From positions 128,001 through 192,000 of IMG/VR virus record IMGVR_UViG_3300037067_015585: 64,000 nt of DNA. One strand, 5' to 3'. Shown here piece after piece: positions 47,589 through 57,629 of the stretch. The translations under genes were made by a program, and so were the position numbers. Numbering within the stretch: the first letter of the stretch is position 1; the number at the start of each line of letters is the position of its first letter. A model generated the notes under the pieces. It had not been told where the DNA came from. It searched no databases and saw only the letters and a program-made list of their open reading frames with translations. Source of the DNA: a virus. Its lineage: Duplodnaviria; Caudoviricetes.

Positions 47589-48394
47589 GCATTAAATTAG
47601 CTGCCTATCTTGACGAAATTCACGACGATCCAGATAAAGCTGGTGAGGTGCTAGTATCAAAGAAGATCACTGGTGTCTGCTTACGTCGTGCCTGGTGCCG
47701 CGATATATCTAGTATGCCAGATAATGCAATAGGTATACTGGGCGGTATATTGTCGAAACACAACTTGACACCCGTTTTATTGCATACTGATATTGGTTGT
47801 GTCGATCCAGAAAAACTAGCTGCAGAAGAGCCAAAAATTGTAAGAGCTATGCAGATTTGCAAGTTCTTAAAATGCAGATCTATTCGTGTAGGATTTGGTA
47901 TATCAACAACAAAGAATGTCATAGAGCAAGTCCAATCATGGTCTTCTGCCGTTTCTAGACTTAGCATATCATATGATATGATGGTGCTCTTTGAACCAGA
48001 CAATAACAGCTATTATAATCAACCAGCTGCAGTTGCTATATTTCTTAATAAGCACAAACGAATCAATTTATTGTTCGATCCAGCGATGTTAGTAATGCAA
48101 TCGAAAATAAATCCATTTGTTAAATTCTGGTCACTTTTGAAATCGAGGGTCGATTCTATCGATATCCACGATTTCAAAAGTAGAGTCTCGGCGAAACCAG
48201 CTGGGATTGGCGATGCTCAACTTGATATTATTGTAGCTGATGCTATATCCTCAAATTTTACGGGGTGGTTTTGTTTAGAGCCTGGGCTCGGCAGACGCTA
48301 TGGTGATGCCACAACAAAAGAAAAAACATTCGAATGTGCTTTCGATGCATTCGAATCGCTATTAAAAAGAGTACAATTACCTAAGATACTTTAA
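47585..48394 (+). CDS. Sugar phosphate isomerase/AP endonuclease 2-like TIM barrel
   Basis: LFEP, LLFDPA, IDIHD, AGIGD, FTGWFCLEP. Confidence 0.65.
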   Translation: MSIKLAAYLDEIHDDPDKAGEVLVSKKITGVCLRRAWCRDISSMPDNAIGILGGILSKHNLTPVLLHTDIGCVDPEKLAAEEPKIVRAMQICKFLKCRSIRVGFGISTTKNVIEQVQSWSSAVSRLSISYDMMVLFEPDNNSYYNQPAAVAIFLNKHKRINLLFDPAMLVMQSKINPFVKFWSLLKSRVDSIDIHDFKSRVSAKPAGIGDAQLDIIVADAISSNFTGWFCLEPGLGRRYGDATTKEKTFECAFDAFESLLKRVQLPKIL

Positions 48395-48403
48395 AGGATC
48401 GTT

Positions 48404-48622
48404 ATGGCAATAAATATCTCAGAAGCGATAATGGCTATGCGTAAAGCTGGTCCAAGGGGCATAAGAACGATGCCGATGCCAGGGCAGGATATCAATTCGG
48501 GGATGTATAAAATCGAAATTTTTCGTGGTGTTGGTCAATGGGATTGTCTGTTAGAAGGACTTCCAAAATCAACAGCGGAGAGCTTGATTAGTCAGGCAAC
48601 TTCTAGGGTGCTAATGGAATAG
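48404..48622 (+). CDS. Hypothetical protein
   Basis: AAGGA RBS. Confidence 0.55.
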   Translation: MAINISEAIMAMRKAGPRGIRTMPMPGQDINSGMYKIEIFRGVGQWDCLLEGLPKSTAESLISQATSRVLME

Positions 48623-48979
48623 ATGAGTGAACAAACTGATGCTAGAATAGTGTGGCTTCGCGAAAGACTCGCTAAGAACTCATCGATCCCAGATTGCTTA
48701 GCCGAACTTGTTGGCGTATATGATTTTACTTCTAGAACTATAACAATATCTCTCGTCATCACAATAGACGGCACTGAATATAGAGCCGTCAGATGTCACG
48801 AACAAGTAGCTTTAGGGCAAGTCGACGATGAAATAGCCGAATTACGCATTATGCATCGCAATATGATTGCATACATGATACAGACCTACGGCAACGAAGA
48901 ATGGTCTGTTATTATTAGAAAATTTCTAAAATGGTCAACAAATCCGACGCACAAAGCAGTCATGCAGCGATGGGTTTAA
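48623..48979 (+). CDS. Hypothetical protein
   Basis: Abuts the previous stop. Confidence 0.55.
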   Translation: MSEQTDARIVWLRERLAKNSSIPDCLAELVGVYDFTSRTITISLVITIDGTEYRAVRCHEQVALGQVDDEIAELRIMHRNMIAYMIQTYGNEEWSVIIRKFLKWSTNPTHKAVMQRWV

Positions 48980-49241
48980 CTTTTACGAGATTTTCTAACA
49001 GCTTTTGTAGCTTTCTTCTCTGATACTGGCTTAACTTGGTTGATTGTCTTGTTAACGACAATCCTCTGCTGTGCTGGCGAGCCAATAAAACCAGATCCAA
49101 ATAAAACGTTTGCAGGTCTCATAATTCAGTTCCGTCAGTTTGTTTATCACTACTTAAGAATGCTATTACACCACACTACAGTAAGGGGTTGTTGCAAAAA
49201 GAGTTCTGTGGTAAAATTTGTAGCAACGTATTTAATTCATC

Positions 49242-49625
49242 ATGCCAAAAACATCGTTAAAAACACCATTTTTCACTGTAACCTACAGTACAAAGAAATT
49301 GTTGTCTGTAGACGACGAAAACGGAATAAGTACATTGCCACTTTTTACGAAAGCTGAGACAGCAGAAAAGTATCGACGATATTTCGCGAGGCATTTTGAT
49401 TTGAAGTTGCAGGTCTGTATTGTCGACAAATTAATCAATGGGTTCAATTTGCTTGAATGTGCCTCTCTAGCTTGCAAGGATCTACAATATGTTGCTATCG
49501 ATCCGCAACCATCTCCAGAAGATATAAAATCGAAAGCGGTCCCAATTAAAACAGTAATCATGTCTCTTCTGAATCGGTGTCGGCGTCAAAAGGGGCATAA
49601 TCGTCAGAATCTTCGTAAGAAATAG
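49242..49625 (+). CDS. Hypothetical protein
   Basis: 127-aa ORF. Confidence 0.5.
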   Translation: MPKTSLKTPFFTVTYSTKKLLSVDDENGISTLPLFTKAETAEKYRRYFARHFDLKLQVCIVDKLINGFNLLECASLACKDLQYVAIDPQPSPEDIKSKAVPIKTVIMSLLNRCRRQKGHNRQNLRKK

Positions 49626-49702
49626 GTACTTTCGGTGTGTTTTTTGGTTGGTCGTCAATCTCATCATCGAGAGGTATTTCCTCTTCTTCACCAATATAAT
49701 CC

Positions 49703-49948
49703 ATGCCTAATACTCCTTATCCAAGCTATCCACCTAATATGTCGGTTGTCACTAAAGTGGGTGGATTCGATCGCACTTGTCTTGTAGTTGATTTATATAC
49801 AGCTGAACCGTTAACGTCGGCACAGATAGCACTTATTGAGGACCAAATTGGATTGGTATTATCTAAAATGCAAATAATATATCGATCTGATGTCGTTGGC
49901 CCCAATAGGTTTATCACACCATTAAAAGCTGCTCTACGATTAAAATAA
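49703..49948 (+). CDS. Hypothetical protein
   Basis: 81-aa ORF. Confidence 0.45.
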   Translation: MPNTPYPSYPPNMSVVTKVGGFDRTCLVVDLYTAEPLTSAQIALIEDQIGLVLSKMQIIYRSDVVGPNRFITPLKAALRLK

Positions 49949-49983
49949 TTATTTCATAGTATTTAACAAAAAGAAGGAACGAC

Positions 49984-50670
49984 ATGCAAGTACGGCTAAT
50001 GACACCAAATGGAGATGTTTCGAGTGATACCTATGAAATAGTTGGGCCTGCAGACAGAAAAAATTGTGTTTTTGTGTCTGCGACGGATGGCGCAAATAAA
50101 GGTAAGCAGCTAAGAGTACATAAAGAACGGATATTACCAGAAAATGCACTTGGTAAATCTGTCGCAGTTGTGATCGGTGGCAAACTGAAAACGGTTTGCC
50201 CTACTTGCTCTAGATTTTTGATTGTAGATAAAAATATTGCCGAGTGCCCAGTTCACGGCAGAATAAAAATAACAAGTCACGAGCACTTAAACAATCCGGA
50301 CAGCACGTCCATAGTACAGCAGGAAACTAAAATGTCAAAGACAGACACGATTACCATGGTAGATTTCACAGTTGTCGCACAATACGGTGAATTGTGGACA
50401 AAGCAGCAGTTGAAATTCAGCGATCCGCACACTGACGTACAATCACACGTCTTGCTCGCAGACAATCCTTCACGTAAGTTGTGCTTCAATACTTACAACG
50501 GAGCACTCGGCAAGAAAAAATCGAATACAGACGAAGTGTTTATATCGCAGCTAGAAGCATTCAAGAATAATGTTGCCCCTGCTGTATCGGGGGCATCAGT
50601 CTATTCGTTGAAGGGCACTCTTGATGACGCCCGCAAGCGATTAGAGAAATCTGGCTACGCCAAGAAATAA
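49984..50670 (+). CDS. Hypothetical protein with CxxC...CxxH zinc motif
   Basis: AAGGA RBS; CPTC...CPVH. Confidence 0.6.
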   Translation: MQVRLMTPNGDVSSDTYEIVGPADRKNCVFVSATDGANKGKQLRVHKERILPENALGKSVAVVIGGKLKTVCPTCSRFLIVDKNIAECPVHGRIKITSHEHLNNPDSTSIVQQETKMSKTDTITMVDFTVVAQYGELWTKQQLKFSDPHTDVQSHVLLADNPSRKLCFNTYNGALGKKKSNTDEVFISQLEAFKNNVAPAVSGASVYSLKGTLDDARKRLEKSGYAKK

Positions 50671-50718
50671 TACACTACTAATAGTGCATTTGGTGCCAAT
50701 ACGACAAGGATTGTTATT

Positions 50719-50949
50719 ATGTTAGTATTATCTCGTAAGAAGAACGAGACTATTGTTATCGGAGATGACATCACCATCACCGTTGTAGAACTGCGTGGTG
50801 ATAAGGTGCGCCTTGGTATAGAGGCACCAAAAGATGTACCAGTTCATCGCCGCGAGATCTTCGACGCAATACATCGCGGAGACCCAAAGCCAGACTCAAA
50901 GCCAGATCCACAATTAGCAGTGATGGATAAGTGCATATTTGAAAATTAA
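50719..50949 (+). CDS. csrA: Carbon storage regulator CsrA/RsmA
   Basis: MLVLSRKKNETIVIGDDI...VRLGIEAPKDVPVHRREI. Confidence 0.95.
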   Translation: MLVLSRKKNETIVIGDDITITVVELRGDKVRLGIEAPKDVPVHRREIFDAIHRGDPKPDSKPDPQLAVMDKCIFEN

Positions 50950-51536
50950 GCATTTATCTGCCAATTCTCCCACACAAATTCGTAATCATACGTCAAGTGG
51001 TGTGTTTGCTGTAGAGAGGTTCTAATATTTTCACGCCTCTCTGCAGCATGATCCACAAACTGGTGAAACTGAATTTGTATGTCATCGATCATGCTTACGA
51101 TCGATGAGTTCAGCATATGATCCAATAAATCATATTCGGCACCTTCAATATTAATCTTCATAAGACGTATGTGGGATAATGAGTTGTCCCTAATCATATC
51201 GTCAATAGACACAATATTGACTTGCTCGACAGATTCAGAATGTTTTATTATACTAGATGCGCAGCCGTTCACAGATATATTACATGCTTCGTTAAACGGT
51301 CCAATTCCGACGTTAAAAACTAGTGCACCAGTATGAACTAATGCTTGTTTTGCGATTTTATAATATGCTTCTATTGGTTCAAATGCTAGTATTCTACAAT
51401 GGTATCGATCATATATACTACGACTCCAAGACCCATAGTAGGCACCGCAATCGACAACAATATCTTGTTTATCGATTTGATAATCTAATCTTAATGTCTC
51501 ATCACCATGATCGGCAAACCAACGATCAAATTCCAT
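50946..51536 (-). CDS. FkbM-family methyltransferase
   Basis: VDCGAYYG, AFEP, KINIEGAEY. Confidence 0.85.
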   Translation of the reverse strand: MEFDRWFADHGDETLRLDYQIDKQDIVVDCGAYYGSWSRSIYDRYHCRILAFEPIEAYYKIAKQALVHTGALVFNVGIGPFNEACNISVNGCASSIIKHSESVEQVNIVSIDDMIRDNSLSHIRLMKINIEGAEYDLLDHMLNSSIVSMIDDIQIQFHQFVDHAAERRENIRTSLQQTHHLTYDYEFVWENWQINA

Positions 51537-51538
51537 CT

Positions 51539-52273
51539 TCAATCTTTCAAGTGTAAATCTGTAATATTTGTTCCGCAATTGGTTTTGTCTACTAATCTTG
51601 GCCAGTTGCCTTCAACAAAATCAACATCTTGCATTCCAAGTCGATTTTCTACTACCGGACTGAAAGCTTTGCCGTCGCCTAATACATTAGCCCACCAGCT
51701 AAATGACGAGTTGGCACGTAAAATATTGTTAGCGTTCACTAACAACATAAAATCTTCTAAGAACGGTACACCAAGATCAAGCAGATCTTGCGATTGTTTA
51801 CGAGATCCCTCTTTAATCCAATGAATATTATTCGGATCTAAACCAAATTTCCCGCATGCAACAACATATGAGGCTTCACTGACTAAACAATATATATTAC
51901 TAAAATTGGCATAATCTCCACGTCGCAGATGTGCTGCGATATGAAAGTTGGTATTAAACCTTGCCCTCCACTTATTCTTAAAACAAAACCACGTTTTCAG
52001 CTTAGCCCTAGATAAAAAATTAATAGCGTCTTGGAATTGGAAATATCCGTTTAAAATGATGTTAACTCTGCCGTTCGGAATCTCATCAAAACCAGATCGT
52101 GGTAAATCATGATTCAATGGCTGGTCGGATATTGAAAATATTTTTTGTCCAATCCAATCTGGAGTTAATAATGTGGCGTTGTGTGATTCCGCATAAGCAC
52201 GTGCAAATGCATATTGAAAGAGTTGATTTCCAAAGCCACCAGAAAATGTTACGCCTATTGTTGGACGACTCAT
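51539..52273 (-). CDS. GT11 alpha-1,2-fucosyltransferase-like
   Basis: GGFGNQLFQYA, HLRRGDY, NSSFSWW. Confidence 0.88.
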   Translation of the reverse strand: MSRPTIGVTFSGGFGNQLFQYAFARAYAESHNATLLTPDWIGQKIFSISDQPLNHDLPRSGFDEIPNGRVNIILNGYFQFQDAINFLSRAKLKTWFCFKNKWRARFNTNFHIAAHLRRGDYANFSNIYCLVSEASYVVACGKFGLDPNNIHWIKEGSRKQSQDLLDLGVPFLEDFMLLVNANNILRANSSFSWWANVLGDGKAFSPVVENRLGMQDVDFVEGNWPRLVDKTNCGTNITDLHLKD

Positions 52274-52899
52274 TATCTACCTAGTACTCTATCAATATTC
52301 GGCCTCAAATCGAAACTACATTTACACCCAAGTATATCAGACATACCACTCGATTGCCGAAAAAGCATAGGATAAATACCATACGCTTTAATGTTTGATA
52401 GCTGCCTGGCATATACGACATCTATCGGTATACCAGAGCCGATAGATGCTTTTACACTTTGTATTAAACTTTCAAGATATTTTCCATTAACGGCGTATGC
52501 ATGTGTAGTCAATGCATCGTTTAGCTGCAATATGTTCGGAGTAATAAAGATTGGTGCTATACAAGAGAGCGGATCGAGATTATATCCAAGATATAGCATA
52601 TCCCAGTCATCTTTTAATTGCCCGTTACCGACAGCGCTTTGCCATATTGATTGCCAATCATGATAAAGCTCTGCATCATCTTCCATAATAAGGATGTTTC
52701 TGACATTAGATTCAAGTGCTTTTTGTAACATGGCTAGATGTGACTCATAACATCCAACCCATCCTGGAGTTTTTTCTATAGCTGGAAATCTAACAGCTTT
52801 CGTTATACACACTTGTTGTAACTGAGTCTGTATACTAGTCCATCTATCGCGGCGTCTATCCAAATTTAGTATATATATGTGGTCGAAAAAACTTTGCAT
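52273..52899 (-). CDS. GT25-family glycosyltransferase
   Basis: YILNLDRRRDR, GCYESH, IMEDD, THAY, PID. Confidence 0.85.
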   Translation of the reverse strand: MQSFFDHIYILNLDRRRDRWTSIQTQLQQVCITKAVRFPAIEKTPGWVGCYESHLAMLQKALESNVRNILIMEDDAELYHDWQSIWQSAVGNGQLKDDWDMLYLGYNLDPLSCIAPIFITPNILQLNDALTTHAYAVNGKYLESLIQSVKASIGSGIPIDVVYARQLSNIKAYGIYPMLFRQSSGMSDILGCKCSFDLRPNIDRVLGR

Positions 52900-52922
52900 G
52901 TTGTTAATAGATTTTTTAAACC

Positions 52923-53531
52923 ATGATTGACAAACTGTCTGCCAGGACGAAATTTCCATTAATAGTTACCGCCTATACTACAACAAGCCATCTGGGTGAT
53001 TATTACAAAAGATGTGTCACAAGATTGGTGCATAGCTGTATTAAATTCGATTTGTCCCATCTAGTTTTACCGCTAGAAAAACAAGACGGTTGGGATGCTG
53101 GATGTGCTACAAAAATAATAGTTATTCAGCAATTATTGCAACAACTACACAGGCCATTATTGTGGTTGGATGCAGATGCTGAAATCTTCCAATACCCAAG
53201 CATATTTGAAACAATTGATTGTGAAATGGCATTAGCATCAGTGACGGGGCATTGGTTAACCGGCACGTTATATTTTACACCTAGTGCTTTACCATTTATA
53301 GAGCTTTGGAAGCAACGTACTGGGCCGGTCGTTGACGAAGTAGCATTATCGCAGCTCTATCATGCTTCATTACATAATAGACCACGCCTAACAATGTTGC
53401 CTGATTCATATAATACTGCAATTTATGCGTCGAGCAACATGGCTAATGTTGTAATAGGTCACCATATGCGTCCAGACATAGCGCCGACAAGAGGTGTAGT
53501 GGCTAATCCGATTCCAGAATGCAATTTTTAA
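52923..53531 (+). CDS. GT-A-like nucleotide-diphospho-sugar transferase
   Basis: LLWLDADA, GTLYF, DEVAL, LPDSYN. Confidence 0.65.
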   Translation: MIDKLSARTKFPLIVTAYTTTSHLGDYYKRCVTRLVHSCIKFDLSHLVLPLEKQDGWDAGCATKIIVIQQLLQQLHRPLLWLDADAEIFQYPSIFETIDCEMALASVTGHWLTGTLYFTPSALPFIELWKQRTGPVVDEVALSQLYHASLHNRPRLTMLPDSYNTAIYASSNMANVVIGHHMRPDIAPTRGVVANPIPECNF

Positions 53532-53791
53532 TTACTAACTTGCTTCCAATAAGCAACTACTACTGGTTTATTTGAAACAATCATCTTACGCTTCAGTATA
53601 TTACTAGAGGTGTTATAGTAATACCAATTACGATATGTGGACGCATCAGGCTCAAACGGAGTCATTTCTACAACGTGTCCACCATACATTTCTATACCAA
53701 AGCGATTTGCGTTTCCGGACACAGTTATAGCCCCACGACGGATCATAAGATCTTCAAGGAACGCATTTGTGTTTTGTAGGTTACCTAACAT
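53528..53791 (-). CDS. Hypothetical protein
   Basis: 87-aa ORF. Confidence 0.5.
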   Translation of the reverse strand: MLGNLQNTNAFLEDLMIRRGAITVSGNANRFGIEMYGGHVVEMTPFEPDASTYRNWYYYNTSSNILKRKMIVSNKPVVVAYWKQVSN

Positions 53792-53860
53792 TATTTTATT
53801 ATTGCTATTATATGTTTGTAAAAGATACTATGTAACTTCGCTTGGATTGGGAGATATATT

Positions 53861-54574
53861 TTGAATACGAAAGTTATTGCGTCGTTGACTGCGGACAATA
53901 TGGATGTTTCCATAGAACAGCTGCTACAGCAATTTATATCAAACAACGAAAATATTTACTATGAATCGTTTGACAAATTCTGCAGAGAGAATGGCGTTAT
54001 CATCGAATATAACGAATTCATAGATTTACTTAGCATTAATCAAACGCACGTGTTCAACGAATACTCTGATAAAACCGGCCACTATTGGGTGCCATCGATA
54101 TTTGAAGGATATGTATCTAATTCGTTGCCAGGAGATTGGGATGATTTTGGAGACGACCAGATTGAGGGAATAACAAATCCATCACTTGGCGATGGCGATC
54201 AACAACAACCCATAGACTTCGCACCATTATCAAATAATCAGATATTAGATGAACCTGAATCAGATGCTGAAGAAATTCCAGATGTGGGAATAGAAGAGCC
54301 AGATTTGCCAGATTTTGATATGAGAGAACGACATAGACCAAGTAGAAGTGTTAAAGAATTAGAAGGCAAAGAACCAGATACCGGGTTAATAACCGAAGGC
54401 GTAATACACACCAATCAATTGGCAATAATTCTAAATTCATGTCATTCACGGATGACGATTGCCACAGAAATCAGCCGTAAGATGGAGCCACATGAAGCAC
54501 GTGAGTTCCTGAGAACTGTATTCGGAGATAGTGTAGATTACAGAATAGCATTAACATCATTACAAGATAAATAG
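53861..54574 (+). CDS. Acidic hypothetical protein
   Basis: TTG start after GGAG. Confidence 0.55.
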   Translation: MNTKVIASLTADNMDVSIEQLLQQFISNNENIYYESFDKFCRENGVIIEYNEFIDLLSINQTHVFNEYSDKTGHYWVPSIFEGYVSNSLPGDWDDFGDDQIEGITNPSLGDGDQQQPIDFAPLSNNQILDEPESDAEEIPDVGIEEPDLPDFDMRERHRPSRSVKELEGKEPDTGLITEGVIHTNQLAIILNSCHSRMTIATEISRKMEPHEAREFLRTVFGDSVDYRIALTSLQDK

Positions 54575-54581
54575 CACCAAG

Positions 54582-54803
54582 TTGACAACCATGGATCAAT
54601 ATGGTCAGGCCAACGATTCGTTACTTTCTAAGTTATATGGAATAGTTAATTCGTGGCAAAATGGAGTAATAGATCGATCAACTTTCGAACAAGAAATACA
54701 CAAAATGTCATCCGAACCAACGCTTAAAAATAGTGATATAGATATTTGGGCGATGGTACAAAAAATTCTAGCAATCAGAGCTCTAAGATCACTTCCCAAT
54801 TAA
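54582..54803 (+). CDS. Hypothetical protein
   Basis: 73-aa ORF. Confidence 0.45.
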   Translation: MTTMDQYGQANDSLLSKLYGIVNSWQNGVIDRSTFEQEIHKMSSEPTLKNSDIDIWAMVQKILAIRALRSLPN

Positions 54804-55559
54804 TTTTAGTGCCTCTTGATGCCTGCGATCATCCGACGTTTTTAACATATCGAGCATCATATCTTGTCTCGCAGACAATTTCGAACTATTCTCAACCGTT
54901 TTCGACACGAATTCTAATCGCCATGTGCGAAACTCTTTTAAAATTTCGGCGATTTTTTCATTGTAGTCGCTCGTATTTTTATCTAGCATAGCTACCTTAG
55001 CATCAGTAGTTTGCTGCATTAACGTCATTTCCCGCTGCAGACTCTTTTCAATTGTAGTTAAATGGGTACTTGTCTCTGCTGCAAAAGCGTCCGATTTGCC
55101 CTTTTCGTATTGGCTTTGAAACATGCGCTCCGTGATGACCGCAGTATCTCTTTTCAAATTTGCCACATTCTCTGATTGTCCAGACATTATCAATGCAACA
55201 ACGGCACCTGCCATACCTAGTAATGTTATTGCAAGAGCAGCAAAGGCGCTAATCGTCTGCCATTGTGGTTTTGCCGATTGAGTTAATCTATCGGTAACTA
55301 AGTTTAATTGGTTAGTAGAATCATCTCGCATTCTTGCGAGAGCATTACCTATTGTTTCCCTAAAATCGCCCAATTCCTTATTCATCATGCCGATATTCTG
55401 TGATACTTCCTGAATATCGTGCGTCAATGATTCTACTACACCTTCCAGCCGCCCGACACGTGTGTCTATCATACGATCACGTTCGTTAGTCTTTTCAGAC
55501 TTCTCTGGGAAAACGATATCTCTGAAAGGACAATCGTCGTGTTTATTGATTGGCGGCAT
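54789..55559 (-). CDS. Coiled-coil protein with a single transmembrane helix
   Basis: ISAFAALAITLLGMAGAVVALIM flanked by heptads. Confidence 0.65.
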   Translation of the reverse strand: MPPINKHDDCPFRDIVFPEKSEKTNERDRMIDTRVGRLEGVVESLTHDIQEVSQNIGMMNKELGDFRETIGNALARMRDDSTNQLNLVTDRLTQSAKPQWQTISAFAALAITLLGMAGAVVALIMSGQSENVANLKRDTAVITERMFQSQYEKGKSDAFAAETSTHLTTIEKSLQREMTLMQQTTDAKVAMLDKNTSDYNEKIAEILKEFRTWRLEFVSKTVENSSKLSARQDMMLDMLKTSDDRRHQEALKLIGK

Positions 55560-55657
55560 TGCTTAACCCCATATTGCGTGTCTATGACGGACCACAATAT
55601 AATTTTAATTGGAAATGTGGGATTAAGAAACATCTGCCACCCGATAAATAGCAGACA

Positions 55658-55963
55658 CTATGCTACAATATTGATTGCCGCAAGAAGTAATTCTGGCCCG
55701 TCTGCGTACCAGTTGTGCTCGGCAATTAAGAGTGCTAAATCTTCAATATCTTGTGACGAAGCAATAACGAACCCCGTCTTCGATCTCAATATTATCGTCG
55801 TTTTCTCTTTGAATGCGCCTAGTGTACCAGAAAGTTGATTGGGAGTATAGATTTCAACCTCTGTTCCTTGCGGCACACGAGCGATATTGCGCTCAATGAC
55901 GTAGAATGATGTCTCAGGACGGACTAACTGTCTGTTGGTCGGTTTGGTGTCGTACTGTATCAT
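55658..55963 (-). CDS. Hypothetical protein
   Basis: 101-aa ORF. Confidence 0.5.
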   Translation of the reverse strand: MIQYDTKPTNRQLVRPETSFYVIERNIARVPQGTEVEIYTPNQLSGTLGAFKEKTTIILRSKTGFVIASSQDIEDLALLIAEHNWYADGPELLLAAINIVA

Positions 55964-56162
55964 TTATCGCTTCTTTCTTGACGTGCTCAACCATATAGGC
56001 ACAAGGTGCATCACCATCTAGGGGGGTGAATTTAATCCCGATCTTCCTCTTCTTTCGCCGAGATTCGATCTTGGACAATGCCTTTTGTCTTTTTGCACAT
56101 CTATCGAGATATTCCTGCTTCTCTGGCGTGATCGGTTTGATTGTTTTCTGCAATTTGCTCAT
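55914..56162 (-). CDS. Basic hypothetical protein
   Basis: AGGA RBS before MSKLQK. Confidence 0.45.
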   Translation of the reverse strand: MSKLQKTIKPITPEKQEYLDRCAKRQKALSKIESRRKKRKIGIKFTPLDGDAPCAYMVEHVKKEAINDTVRHQTDQQTVSPS

Positions 56163-56392
56163 TATTATTCCTGATGGTAAGAAGTATCGGTAAACATTTA
56201 ATACTATCAGGAATTCCTGACTATCATAGCACCAATTGGTATACCAGTTAATTATGTATTTTATTGATGCTAACATACCAAATGAGGTCGTAGACGCTTT
56301 CCTTGGTATTTTCCTTGTCATCTCGGCAGAATTTAGGGTGACAAAAGGTGTGCTAAGAGAACAAACAAAGAAATATAAAGGGACGCAAGAAA

Positions 56393-56674
56393 ATGCAATC
56401 TTTCGATAACAAGGAATTTATGCAATGGGCGAAAGACAAGAAATTATCTTTCATATCTCAAGTAAGCTGGCCCAATGCTATTAGTCTACTCCCCGCTGAC
56501 GAAGTGGCTACTAAGGTTGCTACATCAGCAGAGGCGACATCAAATACGATGTCGAACGCCAACCTTTATATCAATCCGAAGAAGGAATTATTTCTGACTA
56601 TAAATATCACGTCAGATGGTAACGCATCAAATTCACTAATTCTTGTATTTAAGCAGTTAACCGTCCTGAAATAA
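56393..56674 (+). CDS. Hypothetical protein
   Basis: 93-aa ORF. Confidence 0.5.
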   Translation: MQSFDNKEFMQWAKDKKLSFISQVSWPNAISLLPADEVATKVATSAEATSNTMSNANLYINPKKELFLTINITSDGNASNSLILVFKQLTVLK

Positions 56675-56858
56675 CAACTACAAAGGAATGTGCTATGTCT
56701 GATTCAGAACAAATTGAGAAGTGCCATACATTATTAGATAATATTAATATTCCCCAAGATACCGATGGTGAAACAAGAGCAGAGGAATTATTCAACCGGC
56801 TTTCGACATATATTGGAATAGAACACATGATCAACGATTTAGTAACACATACGCATTA

Positions 56859-57062
56859 ATGATCGATCATTTGCCATCACAAAAGGCCGAAGTCTGCAGC
56901 CGCTGGTTGAGTTCAGATAAAGCCAATTTTATGAGTGTATTAGAGTTAGGGCGATTTTTAATTGCTCTAGATGACGTAGAGACACAAGAGCAATTAAAAG
57001 ATTTAGAAACCAGATGGTTAAAATCGAACGATCTAAAGTCGGCAAATATGACTGGGAGATAG
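56859..57062 (+). CDS. Hypothetical protein
   Basis: TAATG coupling to a short upstream ORF. Confidence 0.45.
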   Translation: MIDHLPSQKAEVCSRWLSSDKANFMSVLELGRFLIALDDVETQEQLKDLETRWLKSNDLKSANMTGR

Positions 57063-57242
57063 ATGTATTTCAACAGCACTGCATCGCACCATTCTTATCT
57101 TTCTGTGCTATAGCAGAGCGTTCAGAACCTGGTAAGAGATGGGTAATTAACGCTGAAGGAAGAACATCAGAAGAAGCCTTAAACAATTTACGTGTTCGTA
57201 TTAAGGGATCGAGGTTCAATCAATAATTATTGGAGGTGTATC

Positions 57243-57437
57243 ATGCCTGTGCGAGATATCGAGAACGAACTTGTTGATGAAGATTTAGACGAAGACGAAT
57301 TCGACGACGAAGATGACGATGAATTCGACGACGACGATTGGGACGACGACGAAGACGAAGACGAATTCGACGATGATTGGGACGACGACGACGAGTTCGA
57401 CGACGACGACGAACTCGACGATGAAGATTTAGATTGA
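57243..57437 (+). CDS. 64-aa extremely acidic (Asp/Glu) protein
   Basis: GGAGG RBS; MPVRDIENELVDEDLDEDEFDD... Confidence 0.7.
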   Translation: MPVRDIENELVDEDLDEDEFDDEDDDEFDDDDWDDDEDEDEFDDDWDDDDEFDDDDELDDEDLD

Positions 57438-57464
57438 CGCCATGGTCAAAAATAGCTTTCAATC

Positions 57465-57629
57465 ATGAAAAAGCTATGGCGTATTTGGGCTAAGGCATTA
57501 GGCGAAAAAGCTGGCAAATCAGACTTTGAATCTGATGTTATTGCGACCGTACGATCGGTAATAGTAATAACTTACCTAATTACCAACCTAATTATAATGG
57601 CTGGTATTTTTCGTCACTGGAACGATTAA
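57465..57629 (+). CDS. 54-aa membrane protein of a type recalled from T4-like phages (not in the ORF track)
   Basis: MKKLWRIWAKALGEKAG...ITNLIIMAGIFRHWND. Confidence 0.7.
   Translation: MKKLWRIWAKALGEKAGKSDFESDVIATVRSVIVITYLITNLIIMAGIFRHWND

Noticed and set aside
57241-57462. Arg-rich protamine-like ORF on the minus strand
   Set aside because: Antisense of the GAC/GAA-rich acidic gene, which has the better RBS
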